This document shows, in pieces, positions 24,825-38,740 of a stretch of DNA of 64,000 nt (within the stretch, counting starts at the first letter, position 1; every line of letters starts with the position of its first letter). The stretch spans positions 29,866,331 to 29,930,330 of the forward strand of contig OZ316891.1 of NCBI GenBank assembly GCA_973895155.1. The letters are read 5' to 3'. Source of the DNA: Marsupella aquatica (Eukaryota; Plantae; Marchantiophyta). The notes under the pieces were generated by a model. That model did not search any database and was not told the origin of the DNA. It saw nothing but the letters and a program-made list of their open reading frames with translations. Position numbers and translations under genes: made by a program.

Positions 24825-27800
24825 CTAAATATGTAAAGAGGACATTTCCAATGTAGCTTGGGAAGTGTGCGCGGTAAAATCATTTAGCTTAGATGCTGAT
24901 GATGGGTCGGAAGATACTGCTAACGCTTGTAACATGTTCAACACATTTGACGGATCATCTAGATAATACTTTGCCTTGCTGGGTTTCTCCCCCACAGTGC
25001 AAGCAATCACTTCGGCCAATGGGGATTGTGGAGGCTCTGACATCGCGGTTTCAATACTTTCAAACATATCCTCATCTGACCTATCATCTCCAATACACAG
25101 AACGAAATCAGGTGGTGAACCCTGCTCTGCCATGAGTGATAACAGTCGCTCTCCAATGACTCCTTTGCTGACACCCTGTGTAAAAAACCATAGGGCCATT
25201 GAAATTAGTACCAAAGAATATATCTATACAAAACGGTTTCGCATCGCGCAATAAACTTTGGGGACGAACAAAAAACGACGGGAAGCCAGATGTAAATGAA
25301 AACTTCAATCAAGTTTTCACAATACCTGCGGTTTAACTTCTACAATATGGTGGCCACTCTTCACAGCCACCGGCTCATTTGCGAGAACACTTTCTAAATG
25401 ATCCAGGAGCTCTTTGGCCTGCCAAGATCCGAAGTCCGGGTCTGCATCTTGATAGTGCCAGACAATAGCACTTTCTTTCTCTTCTATGTTCGACCCATCT
25501 GTTGCCTCTCTGTACAACTTCAACACAGGGAGAGCAACGTCTTTCCACTCAAAACCTGGAACATTTACTGACGTCGTCCAATCATCTTCTTTTCTCCACC
25601 TGCATTGCATTGCAAGGCCGGGTTAGCAAGTCAGGACGATTGAAAATTTAGCAGTCGTAATCAAAAAGCTGCAACCATGCCGCAGGTCCCAAAATGAAAT
25701 CTTTTCACGGTAGCATAACATTGCATGAACAGAAAGATTGAACACAAAATACGTTCATTACTTCCGTTTTACTTGTGCTTCGGCAACAGAGACGGTGCGG
25801 TTATAGACAGACCCACAATTTCCTTTTATTTTCATGTTTGGATCACTTTCAAAACAAGTCCTTCCGTCTTCACTGCATTGCAGAAAATATTTCTCATGGT
25901 TTGAATTCCCTAGTTCCCATATCTTCAAGTTGCCGATCAAGCTTAGGGCTGGGCTGCTGGGCCGCTTCCAATCCCACCAGGCTACACTGCCGAAGAGTAG
26001 ATTTCATTCTCTACGACTGGAGAAGTACCGGAGGCTTCTATCCGCAATCACATCTTCTTGAGGAAGGCTCTTGATAACACCATTACACCTAAAGCTCCAT
26101 CAAATCCATCAAATTACACAACTAAATGTGACCTAAAGCCCAGTTCGATATGACAAATTGACGCTATCTCACTCAGTGACTCTAGTTTGTACTATACTCC
26201 GATTTTTAATCTTGACATTCCTTCTAAATTTCACTTTAGCCTACGCGAGAAGACCGGTGAATTATCCAGAATGGGAATCTAGACAGCTAATGGTCTGCAT
26301 TGCATCGCATTGACAGGTTGGACCAAACCGTGCATACCTGTAATAGAAGCCATGCTCTGCTGCAATCCCCAAACGGTCGCACGATTCAAACCAGTCAGAG
26401 AGAGGCGCCCGCCCTCGTCCACTAACGATGAAAACAACATTCTTTTCGTCGCTACAGATCGTGTTCAAAAGCTCCAAAACAGACGCACCGGGCTTCTTGT
26501 TGAGGGAGGTCTGGGGCATCATGGTGCCGTCATAATCCAGCAGAATGAGTCTCTTCTTACTCTTCTGGTACGCGGCAACTACGAAGTCCGTTTGCAGCTT
26601 CCGGAAATTGGGGTCTAGAGCCACCACCTTGAAACTCAGGCCGAATCCAATGCCATACGACGCCCGCCGTTGGTGCTCTCTGCAGGTGCGTTCCAAATCC
26701 CCCATAAAACTCTGAGCCCAGTAGGCGACGTCATGTGTGCTGACATACTTGAAGTGCTTCTCATGCCGCATTTGCTTCTCGGTATTGGGCAGCGTGATGG
26801 CCGTGTTTAGCGCATCTGCCATGGCCTCGATATTCCAAGGATTGACCCGAATAGCTCCACTCAGAGATGGTGAACAGCCAATGAACTCCGAGACAATCAG
26901 TGTACTATTACGTCCAGCACCACTCTCAGCACTACCTGATACGGAGTAAAGAGGAGGAGATGACCCCACCTGGGGCATTTGGGGCTCAGCCTCCAAAGAA
27001 GTAATACCCTCCCGGCAAACAATGTACTCATAGGGGATGAGATTCATCCCGTCTCGGACTGGTGTGACCACACAGCAGTCAGCTATGGCGTAATAGGCAA
27101 TCCTCTCATACAGAGGTACACTCCTCTCCAGGAGCACCACCGGTTGGTACCCTTCCCAGCCAAACTCCCTGTTAATTCTCCGGGCAATAGTGCTGGCCTC
27201 GTTCTGAATTTCCTGCACCTCCTTGCCTTGGCCTCTCGCCGGGTTGACGATTTGGATAAGCACCACCCTGCCCCTTCTCTCGTCATGCTGCCGTAGCAGC
27301 TGCTCCATGGCCAGTAGCTTGAGCCCAATGCCTTTGAAAATATCCATGTCGTCCACTCCCAGGAGGATGGTTCTCCCACCATATTCGGCCTTGAGCTCCC
27401 CAGCCCTCCACCCGGTTTCCTTGCTATTGAGCCTGGAGGTCAGCTGGCCCATGTGGACACCCACAGGCATGATCTTGATGCCCACGGTCCTCCCGTAGTA
27501 CTCCAATCCCATGTACCCTCGCTTGGATTCATAGACGAGGCCCAGCATTCGGCTACAGCATGACAAAAAATGTCTGGCGTAGTCAAATGTATGGAAGCCA
27601 ACGAGATCGGCATTCAGCAGGGCTCGGAGGATTTCGTCCCGCACTGGTAGAGTACGGTAAATTTCCGAAGATGGGAAGGGGCTGTGGAGAAAGAAGCCCA
27701 GCTTAATTTTGTTGAACCGCCTTCGGAGCATTGTGGGGAGGACGAGGAGATGGTAATCATGGATCCAGACGAAATCGTCCTCTGAGGCAATGACCTCGAG

Positions 27801-28466
27801 CACTTTCTCACCGAATACCCGGTTAGCCGAGACATAAGCCTGCCAGAAGGTGCGGTTGAAGCGACCTCCGTGATTCGGAGTGAGGGGAAGCATGTAGTGG
27901 AAGAGCGGCCACAATTGCTGCTTGCAGAAGCCGTTGTAGAAATCTGCTGTTAATCTGGCCGACAAGAATGCCGGCACGCAGTTGAACTTCTCCAGGAGAG
28001 TGGCAGCCACTTCGTCCTGCTCGCTCAAGTCTACCTCCACCTTCAAAGTCCCGATGTAGATTACCTCCATGTCATCCGCCAGCCCAGACTTGAGCTGGAG
28101 AAGGAGTGAGTCTTCATCAAAGGTGAAGCTCCAGGCGGTGTCTTCAGCGTTGCGCTGTGCATTCACCGGGAGCCTGTGTGCCACTATGATTACACGCTCG
28201 TAGCCGAGATGAGACGAGGGAGCCTCGGAAGTCACGCTACTGCTCTTCTCATCACTGATGGTATCTCCTTTGCCGTCTGATAGAATACCAGGTACTGTGT
28301 TCACCCTGGGAAGCTTGCCGGTGCGCCCAATGCGAACTCCTCCTCCTCCAGTTCCACCACCTACTCCTTTTTCTCCTACTCCTCCTCGTCTTCCTGTTCC
28401 CAGAGAACCCATATCCCCCGGTCCCATGGAAAGATCCAAGAGATTGGCATACGATCTTGACACCAT
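24825..28466 (-). CDS. TPS: Class II trehalose-6-phosphate synthase/phosphatase (TPS5-11-like), 917 aa, three exons
   Basis: Exons 28466-26338, 25599-25326 and 25175-24825 total 2754 nt. Motifs MVSRSYANLLDL, WIHDYHL, GFFLHSPFPSSEIYRTLP, RDGMNL, LDYDGTM, EVKPQGVSKG, GDDRSDEDMF. The two-intron layout is typical of class II TPS. Confidence 0.95.
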
Positions 28467-29776
28467 CCCTTCTCCACCTCCCTGATTTCCTGCTCGCCGA
28501 CCACCAAAACCTCACTCGCTGCCCCTGCCACCTCGTCTGCTAATAAATTGAGCTTAGGATTCAAGCTGATTTGCAACATTGATCGGGTAATTCTTCCTCA
28601 TTAATTTGCCCCTCGTCTGCTAACGTCTCCTGCCTAATTTTGGCCTTCGTCTAACTATGGTGTTTTATGAAACACTATCCACCATCAGGGATACTGCTGC
28701 TGCTGCTGCTACAACTGCTTCCTCCTGACCATCCTGTCGACATGAAGAACAAATCGAATAGCAGCTGTGATACTCAAATCTTCAAATTCCTTGCCCCGCC
28801 TCACAATAGCCTGCTGTGAGGACGAAACGCTAGGCTCGGAAACGGAAGGAACGTCACCAATTCAACTGCCATCCAAAAGTATCTGAGAACTGCTGCTGTC
28901 GCTGCTGCTGGGATTGGCACTTTCCAACCCCTCCCGCCCCCTCCCTTAAAACCAACCCGAAAAAACTCTGCGTGTCTCAATGGCAAACCTCCCAGGGGTG
29001 GACTTTGCGTGCACGCCCACTGTCGGAACTACCACACTCTGATTTCCTTCTTCGGCTGGCTCCTTTGCCTCGCTTTGGTTTCCTGGCTGGCTGCCTCGAC
29101 CTGGCTTTCGCTTGCACTGAAGCCGGGAGACAAAGTGGATATTGTTATTCAAAGCGAAACGGTTCCTTTCCATCAAACTTGCTCTCCATCTTTGCTCTCT
29201 ATCAACACTGGCCCTCTGCCGCCCACAAAAGTCGTTTCAATCTATGCTTACATCTGCTAGAAAGCAACGTACCTTCCAGCACAGAGACGAGCAAAATCCA
29301 CGAGGAACGGGACAGCTCAGCGGAAACAGGAGGGCCGAAGTCGATCCACGGAAGCAGATCAGAAATCACTCACAATTCTCCTTTACATTTGCTCCTCTGT
29401 GACATTAATGCCGCTCACCGGCAGTAAACACGGTCATCGCTTGTCCAAAATCCTGTCAAACCAGGCCACGGATTTCAAGCAGTACTTGTGCACCACCACC
29501 ACCACCGCCACCGCCGCCGCCGCTCACTTAACACGCTCGATCAAAAACCCAGCTGGGAAACGGAGAGTGCGTAAAAAGAATGAAGAAAGCCAACCGTCCT
29601 GAGTGCAACAAGACCAGACCAGGCTTCGTTTAGTTCGGTCCGGTTTGGTTTGTTAGGAGGCAAACACAAAGAAGACGAGAAGAAGAATGTCAGTCGCCGC
29701 AAGTGGCAGCCGTTTCCTTCACAGAAAGAATGGAGGATGATCACTCCTTCCTCTCCAGCGCGATGAGGAGGCCACG

Positions 29777-29804
29777 AGAGAAGAGAAGAGAAGAGAAGAG
29801 AAGA
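29777..29804. repeat. (GAGAA)n microsatellite upstream of TPS
   Basis: GAGAAGAGAAGAGAAGAGAA.. is directly visible. Confidence 0.75.
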
Positions 29805-30774
29805 GGTCAGGGACGGTGACCGAGACGACAGACGGAGGTATGAATCAAATGACAGAATGCAAAACCGAAAAGAGAGCCAGCGCAGGGGAGAGAACGGGCA
29901 AGAGAGTGGGGAGTGGGCGGGGAGTGGGCGGGGTGTGGGACGGGGAAGGGGGGAGCAGGCGAGAGGAGTGCAGAGCAGAGCAGAAAGCGAAGCGAATCCA
30001 ATCAGCCAGAAAGGAAAGGAAAGGAATCGAATCGGGTGAATGGCAAGTTATATTATCGTCAGACAGACAGCGCGATACAGTATAGATTGTGAGCAGCGAG
30101 AGTCGCGGAAGGGGAGGCAAAGGCAAAGGCAAGGCAGGAGGAACCCACAGAATAGAATGATGCAGCAGCAGCACGGACTGTCACAAAACGTGGAAGTGAA
30201 TATAATGTCTGATGAAATCAACAGCCTGATCAAGACGGGAAAGGCAGTGAGCGAGAGCCAGCAGTACTACTACTACTCCTACAACTACCGTAGCCAAATC
30301 CAATCCCACAAATGATCCTCCCTCTTCTACGGGAATGATGGATGGATTGACTCAGCGCTTATGACAGCCATGCTCTGCCTTCCAGAATGATGAGCACGCG
30401 GCGGAGGACGTGACTGGATTTATTAGCGACGGATGAGGCCCCTGCGAATGGGGGGAAGAAAGAAGGCCAGAAACCCAAAACACGGGATGGCACCCAACCC
30501 AGGTGGGTCAAGCAGACAGGCAGCTTCAGGAGTTCAGCTGGAGGAAATGCTCTGCGGTTTCAGAAGAGTGGGATCAATAGACAATAGGGGAGACAGTAGT
30601 AATGGCTGTGCTTCGAAGAAAAAAGATTTGGTTGGGTATTATGGGCCAAGCAGCACAGCAGAGCATAGCAGGAGGAGAGCAGAGGAGAGAGGGGGCTGGT
30701 GATGCCGATGGTGGGAGGAGCAGTATCCCCTTGTTGTGTGTGCAGCCACAGTAGCTTTGTCATGATTCTTTCTC

Positions 30775-30802
30775 GAGCATGAGCATGAGCATGAGCATGA
30801 GC
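30775..30802. repeat. (GAGCAT)4 microsatellite
   Basis: GAGCATGAGCATGAGCATGAGCATGAGC is directly visible. Confidence 0.8.
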
Positions 30803-32134
30803 TGGCCGCAGCATTGCAATCACTAATCAATTCCCAATTCCAGCTTGACAAACGGACAGCCCTGCTGCCCAAGCCCAGCCCACCCCTCCCTGCCCTGACC
30901 TGACCGGCTGACCTGACCTGGAGGCTACAGAGCAGTAATTATTTTCGTTCCGGTAAATTACACAACACACCAAAATATTATCTTTAAAAATAGTGTACAG
31001 ACGGAAGGCTTACATCAAAAATGCTTAGAATAGTCTGTAAACTTTACAAAGTCCGGTGTGACAACTCTGAAATATTTGGTGTCCAATATTTTAATGGTGG
31101 TTTATTTTTTACGCGAGCGGGGATGACACTAGGGTGTACCGTGATGGTACTTGTGATAGATCTGTCAACCTGCTATTGAAGGCGAAGTGAACATCACTCA
31201 GCCGGATCACTATCCGGGTACGAGTGGGGGCACGGGCAGGGGGAAAACACTATCCGGGTAGCAGTTTGGGCAGAGGGGAAAACGAAGTCATCATTACTAA
31301 CGGGCAGTGGAGAGGTGTGACAAACACTCCAGCTTACTCTCCCAAGTGAGTAGATCCGGGCAGGACGGGCACGGTCGAGGCGGGCGGAGGTACGAATGCG
31401 GCCCTACGGTACGGTTGCGTAGATCCGGGCAGCGTTATATCCCAAACTCCTCGCGGTAAATCTCTCCTGGGGCAGGATGGAAAAAACATGCTGCCAAGTG
31501 GAGCGATGGTAAGAACGCCTGTAATGTAGATCCCGGCAGCGAGTGATAATTATCACGACACCCCGCTAGTGTGATACCAGAAGTGTCCGCGCGTAAGAAA
31601 GTGACCCAGGCAGGTGACAAAAACCTTTCTTGGCAGAGGGGTAAAAAGACACTATCACGGTGCCAGGATCAGGGCAGCTGGGCAGGGCAGGGCAGGCAGG
31701 GTAGGGCAGGTTGGGCACGCGGTCAAAGAACATGGCCAGAAGGGACAGGCACAGTACAGACAGTGTCGTTTCGTGTAAAACATCGTTGTCGTGGATATAA
31801 AATCTTATTTTCAGAAAAGGGATAGAAATTGTTTTTTTTCCTGCCCAAGTACTGTAAATTGACTTTTATTTGTTTTGGCCCCTTGTTTCGGGATAAGAGC
31901 GATTCGTTGGCAAACGACTTGATAAGGCTGGTGAACGGAAGAATCCCAAACTGTCAAAGAGTTGAAACGCCGCCTCAGCTGAACTGAACTGCTGCCCGAC
32001 AGATCGCCAAGTTGCCGAGAAGGGCAGGGCGGGGCATCACGGAGAATATTCTGGTATTATTTCATGGGTGCAGGTACGCAAGAAATTTTTTGACTTTTCC
32101 TTTTCTAGAAAACTTAAGGTTTGATAATTGGTCA

Positions 32135-33605
32135 TGATGCCAGGATGGATGTGTGGAACCTAGATGGATACTACTGGAATATCCGAATTTACCCGTATAG
32201 CATGTGTTACGCTTCACAGACATGAACACAAGCATTGCAGGGATGCCAGGATGGATGTGTGGAACCTAGATGGATATTACTGAAATATCAAAATTTACCC
32301 ATATAGCATGTATTACACTTCACAGACATGGACACAATTAATTCAATGATGCCCGGATGGACATGTGAAACCCTGATGGACACAAATGAAGTATCAAAAC
32401 TTACTTGCATGGCATGTGTTACACGTCATGGACACAAACTTGTGGTGATGCCCCAATGTAAATGTGAGATCCTAATGGACAAATGAAATATCAAATTTTA
32501 CTTGCACCATATGTATTACACTTCATGGAAAAAAGCATTTAGGGTGATGCCTTGAAAGCCTGATGGACACAGACGAAATATCAAAATTTTACTCACATGG
32601 CATGTGTTACACTTATGGACACAAACATTTGTGTGATGCCCTGATGGACATTGGAAACCCTGATGGACACAAACTAATGAAACATGAAAATTTATTTGCG
32701 TGGCCAGTGTTACACTTCATGTACACAAGCATTTGATTGGAACCCAGATGGACATGTGGAACCCTTATGCACATAAATGAAATATCAAAATCTACTCTCA
32801 TAGCATGCGTTACACTTCATAGACAAAAACTTTTGTGATGATGCCCCAATGTACATGTGAAACCCCAATGGAAAAATAAAATGTCAAAATTTACTTGCAG
32901 GGCATGTGTTACACTTCTTGAAAATAAACATTAGGGATGATGCCCGAATGACATGTGAAAGCCTTATGGAAATGGCTAAAATATCAAAATTTATTTGCAT
33001 GGCATGTGATACACTTCATGGACACAAATGACGTATCAAAATTTACTGGCATGGCATGTGTTACACTTCACATACACAAGCTTTGCTGATGCTCAGATGC
33101 AAATGTGGACCCTGATGACACAAATGAAATATCAAATTTTACTCGCATGGCATGTGTTACACATCATGGACACCAACATTTGTGGTGATGCCCATATAGA
33201 CATGTGAAACCCTGATGGACACAGATGAAATATCAAATTTTCACTCGCAGGACATGTTACACTTTATAGACAGAAACGTTTGTGGTCATGCCCAAATGGA
33301 CATGTGAAAGCCTGGTAGACACAAATAAATTATCCAAAAAAAAATTGCATGGCATGTGTTACACTTCACATATACAAACTTTTGCCGTGATTGCCCACAT
33401 GGACATGTGGCACACTTGTGGACAAAAATAAAATATCAAATTTTACTTGCTTCGCATGTGTTGCACTTTATGGACACAAACATTTGTGGTAATACCCAGA
33501 TATATAGACATGTGAAACCCTGATAGACACGTACAAAATATCAAATTTTACTTGCATGGCATGTCTTTTGCATCATGGACACAAAATTTTGTGGTGTTGC
33601 CCTGA
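32135..33605. repeat. Degenerate tandem array, ~15 units of ~100 bp
   Basis: Recurring GATGCC..GGACATGTGAAACCCTGATGGACACAAATGAAATATCAAAATTTACT.GCATGGCATGTGTTACACTTCATGGACACAAACATTTGTGGT at ~100-bp spacing. Confidence 0.9.
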
Positions 33606-35158
33606 ATTACATAGATGTCGTACTCAAAAACCTCTTCCTCCCCAATCCTCCAGTTGTAGGGTTGTTGTAGGTCAGAACATTGGATATGCCTTCAGCATTA
33701 ACAAACCTATAAGCCATTGAGGAGGATTTTAAAGCATTTATTTAGGCTGTGATATTTTTCTATGACTTTCTAGATTTCTCATATATATGACATCGGCCAG
33801 CCTAATTAACCTGTTTGTTATATAAAAAATGTTTATAAATTCTTTCCAATACAGTGTATGTACAACAAATACATTCAATGCAAAATCCCAGGTGGCTTAA
33901 GATGTTTGTGTGCCGGTAAGGGAAGATTCAGCCACTATTGCAAAGCATTGAGACTTAGTTCTATGATGACGATTTGCGGGCAAGAGGCCGGCCACTGGTG
34001 AATTGCCCATTTCAGCAGCATTTTGTGGAAGCTTTTGGTTTGGTTGTTGAGCTTGTTGTATGTTGATTAAGGTAACTAAGATTGAACAAAATAATTAAAT
34101 TCCAGCTTTTCAAGCTAGGCAACTCTTTCAACATATGGATGAACACATGGAGTATCATTGTCATTGTATGCATTAAGAGTATCCATTTGCAATAACTATT
34201 CATGGATGCAATAAGTTGTGGCCTGATTAAACACTATGGTGAAACATCAAAGTTAATGATCATATTGTAAGAAACCATCGGCTTAGACTAGACAACAAAT
34301 GCAAAACATGAGAGCACTCAATCTCACATTACATTGACAAGACACTACAATGGAAAAACTCCTTAAGGATCCATAGCTCATGAGAACATACATGTGAAGA
34401 ATGAGGGAGAGAATGTTTTCTCTCCAACCTATACCCCCAGGGGTGCCAAAATGTGCGGGCCTAATCTAAGCGGATTTTATTGTAATGTAATCAAAGGGTT
34501 AACTAGCTACCCTAGTGAGTCCAAACTAACTAAAGCTGGGAACTTGAGTCAATTCCTAACAATCTCCACTTTGACTCTAGTTCACACAATGAGTCTAGTG
34601 ATATACAATATGTAAAGTTGTACATAACATATCCACATAGTCTCCGGTTTGGCCCAAGTCTTTCATTGAAAACTCTCTGTAGGGCAACATCTGTATTCCC
34701 ATCCAAGATTAGCATGTCATCCACTATTTAGAGGGTAGTGTAAAAACCCCTAAAACACGTGAGAACAACCAATAAAAATTTTAAAATTAATTTTAATTAA
34801 AAAACCCTTGTACCCTTTATTATACTACTTTGACAAATTTTTAGATATCTTGCTGAAAGTCTTTAGAAATAAGGTTTTGATTATAATTATTAGTCCGGCA
34901 TGATTAAAATTAACTTTCATTTGTTCAAAACCCATTCTAATAATCCAACGAGCAATTTCTCACGGGATGAGAGAACAAAGAGTAAATTGAGAATTCTAAA
35001 TGGAGTGAAATTTTACAGGTAGCTGGGAAATTTTCATTCAAAACAAATAGGAGACTTACATTCATGATCATACCAAGGGTAATTCTCTACGCAAAACATT
35101 TTCATTAATACCTATGTCTATACAATACAATACATGTAACACTACACATAGTTTAAGC

Positions 35159-35330
35159 AAAATATTATTTTGTCCATAGTAGTTGAAAGGATCTTAGAGT
35201 CCCTTGGTATTACTCTACCCATAGTAGTTATTGTGTTTCTTAGCACATAGTTCATGCAAAATATTATTTGTCCATAGTAGTTGAGAGGTGTTAGAGTCCC
35301 GCAGTGGTATTACTCTACCATAATAGTTAG
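35159..35330. repeat. Direct repeat, 2 x ~99-bp period
   Basis: AAATATTATTT(T)GTCCATAGTAGTTGA..TTAGAGTCCC..GGTATTACTCTACC occurs twice. Confidence 0.75.
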
Positions 35331-36129
35331 GGTGTTTCTTATCTTTGCTTGTTGACTCCACAGGAGCCGAAAGGTTTCTTAAGTTACCTTGGTAAATGTT
35401 AGAGAAATTCAAAAGTTTCTTGGGTTTCTTATGTTATCTTGGTAAATGTTAGAGTAGTTGAAGAGTTTCTTTCTACTCGTCATTATTTTAAAATGTGTAA
35501 AGTAAATAAAATGTGAAATAGATTACCAGGAAACATTGATATATCAATCACAAATTATCCAAAGATTATTTGATTTCACCCCTATTTTACCTTTTTCTTT
35601 GTTCACTTGAAATGTTACTTTTCAGTTGTCCATTTTTTTATAGTGACATGGTCTAACTATTTTTCTTTGCCTTGCCTAAAACACAAATTTGGTTCTTCTT
35701 GCATAACTAACAGTAAGTTCATGTTTGTTACAAATCATGCTCATGTGACAGCACGTGCATCCATGAATTTTGGAAGGAACTTCCCAGGGGGGTTAGTAAA
35801 TAATGTTAAAGTACTCATCATCAGCTTTGCAACGACACCACTACCTGCTGAAGACCAGATCTGTATCTTGACTGATGGCCTCTTGTGCAAGTGGCCCAAC
35901 AACTTAAAACTTACCACCTAAGGCACCTACAACGAAGATGGGAAGGTAGTTAGGGAGAGAGACACATTTGGGAAGTATAGATAAGGGGGCCAGGGAGCAG
36001 GGAGCAGGAGACTAGGGCAGTCAAGTTTTAGAGGGCAGGTTGGTGGGCAAGAGAGGGGGAGGGAGGAAGGGGTAGAAGCTTGGGTTTGCTTAGTGTATTA
36101 TTAAGATACCACCTGCAATCTAGATTTTT

Positions 36130-38740
36130 CAAACAAAAAAAAATTGTGAATACTTGTTTATTAGCGAAGCCACCGCGGTGAAGACCAGCGCGGCAGAAAA
36201 CAACCACACCGAGGGCCTCACACACCCCAAACTGAGACAACATGCCAAAAGCCACCCCAACAGTTCACAAGGTCACCTCCTAAAGAAGGACCAAGGGGGG
36301 AGAAAGCAAAAAAACTAAGCAACTCAACAGGGAAACAATGCACCGGCCGCAAGCAAATGGGGGCCCCAATACTGGAATGAATAGAGCTCCAACAGCAAGT
36401 ACCCAAGCTATGCGTGACTAGTGCCAATAGAAGCCCTAGCAGTCAATTTAGTGAGTTCAAGAAGGGTCTGATGTAACCTTTTGGCCTTCTGCACACTGTG
36501 AGTCCGCTGGAGGGTACCATGAACTTGAACAGCAGCATTGTTGAGAATGATGTGCAAAGGAAACCTGGTAGAGGTAGCATGATACGTGCGTTGCTGTTGC
36601 TCAACCCAGATGGTGCTAAGCATCTCGTGAATGAGGATCAGGAAGCCAGGGTTGCGCTTTTGGGACCTTATAGCAGTGTCAATCTTGCCAAAGGAGCAAC
36701 CAACAGCCTTGTTTAGACTGGTGCCAATAGCAATGATTTCAAGATGAGACCAACGGGGCCGCAACCTAGCCAGGACAATCATAGAACAAGTGTTCAATGG
36801 TCTCCGTGTGTCCTTGGCAGGGGGTGCAATGGCCATTGCTCACCGTCCATTTCAAAGCACGCAAATTGGAGAAAAACCTTGCATGGAGTACCTTCCAAAA
36901 CACGAGTTTAACAATAGGAGAGGTCCAACCTTTCCAAAGATGAGTCCACCGGCTCCTCCAGAGTTCTTGTGTGTCAAGAGAGAACCACCTATGATTGAGT
37001 TGGACCATGGGGGTAAGTTGTTGTTGCACCATTGTCGCCCACATCCGAGCCCACATCTTGGTAGGAAGGTGCCACCTTCTCTTCACACCAGTGGGCCATT
37101 TCCAAACCCACCCCTCAGATGTGAGGAGTCTCCCCATTGTTGGCCTCTTGGAGGTGTTCAAAAGACCAAGGATTTGTGGAAGAAGTCAAGTAGCGCTATG
37201 TCTGGTCAATTGAAGCGAACCTTGGACCTGTTCTAGAGTTTTCCAGCCATGACCAGGTGTGGAGAGGTTGTCCACAGTGCAAGCCACAGTGAAGACCTTG
37301 CTGGTGGCAAGAAAACTCATACCAACCCGCATCTCGGTGTCTGTGACAGTCAGCTGTTGATCCATAAGGATGAGAAATTGTGCAATTGATAGGGAACGAG
37401 GAATTTTCCCAGCAACTGTGCTAAAGTGGAGATGACAATAGGAGAGCTCCCAACCCCTAAGCAGACAGTTGAGGGTAGGTGCACACGCTACCTTCAAGCT
37501 AGGGGAGAGAAGGAGAAGATCAGTAGGGTCCCAGAATTTCCTCTCCTTACGATGAGGCCCTGTCCCTGCTGTGAGTGTGATCAATGACCTAGCCATGTTC
37601 ACCCAGGCAGTGTCAAAGCCAGTGAGGAGCTTAGTGATACTCCTCATCTTACACACGCGGGACTGAATCTCATAAGATCTGATGGTTAATCCCCCATCTG
37701 CATATGGTCTAGTAGTAGTGTCCCAAGCAACCAAAGCTTTTTTGGGAGCACCTTCTGAAGTGTGGCCCCAGAAGAAGATGCGACAAACCCGTTCTAATTG
37801 CTGGTACCTTGTCTTTTGGGTATTGAGAAGCATAAGATGATAGACAGGAATTGCCAGAAGGACATGCTTCAGTATGACCAACCTGCCAGCTTGAGTGAGG
37901 GTCCTATTGGTCCAATGCCGCAATCGCTTCCTGACTTTGCCCAAAAGAAACTTGACCTCTTGGCTAGGCTTGATGTGCGTGCCAATAGGACAACCCCAGT
38001 AGATGATGACCTCCCCCTTAACAGCAATACGGCACCTAGTGTGTTGAAACCAATCAGATTGGGCTGAATTGTCAAGCTGTATGATAACCAATTTGTCAAT
38101 GTTAAGAAGAGCACCAGAGACTCTCTCATAGGTATGCATAGCGTTGCATGCAATAACAAATTCCTCTTCGGTGGCTTTGAGAAAAAGACCAGTGTCATCA
38201 GCAAAGAGTTGATAGAACAACTTGCTGCCATCTCCAGTGTTGAGCCCCATCAATTCTCCAGCTGTCAATTCTCGGGGGTTTCACTTCCACAAAAATGACA
38301 TATCACATGCGACGAAGGATAGGGTCATTTTATTGGTTCTAAGGGAAGACTTAAGAATTTTTGTAGAAGACCAATAGGGTCTTTTAAATTCAATTTGAGA
38401 CTTATAAGAACATTAGGTTCTTATTAATCCAATTTTTAGAATATTCCAAAAATATTCCAACTTTATAGGGGTTAAAAAATAAAATAAAATTCTTACATTT
38501 TAGGGGGTCCGAGGCCTAAACACGTCGCAGGCGATGGGGAGGTCCCCATATAGTGAGACCCCCGAGTGTCAATTTAGCTTCAAGTAGACACATCAAGGGC
38601 TGAGTGGCTAGTGCAAATAGCAGCGGGGCAGTTGGGCACCCCTGCCTAACCACACGCTCCAATAAGATCTCTTTAGTAAAGCCTCCATTGACATGGACCT
38701 TGGAAATAGCATCAAGAACCAGACCTTGGATCTAGATTTT
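36130..38740 (-). mobile_element. 5'-truncated, degenerate L1-like LINE (RT C-terminal part plus zf-RVT), interrupted by a MITE
   Basis: RQGCPTAPLLF (~38610-38650), QLFADDT, YERVSGALLN, AIPVYHL, FFWG, GGL, then WKVLH..C..CQGHTETIEHLFYDC; contains stops and frame changes. The 3' boundary is approximate. Confidence 0.85.
38271..38566. mobile_element. 296-bp MITE with 15-bp TIRs and 8-bp TSD
   Basis: CTCGGGGGTTTCACT ... AGTGAGACCCCCGAG (14/15 inverted match), flanked by TGTCAATT at 38263-38270 and 38567-38574. Removing it restores the LINE frame (EAKLTAG). Confidence 0.9.

Noticed and set aside
28470-30320. uORFs or small peptides upstream of TPS
   Set aside because: The ORFs are low-complexity and microsatellite-derived, and conservation cannot be assessed here.
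32135-33605. CRISPR-like array
   Set aside because: Whole units are homologous with no unique spacers, there are no cas genes, and the context is eukaryotic.
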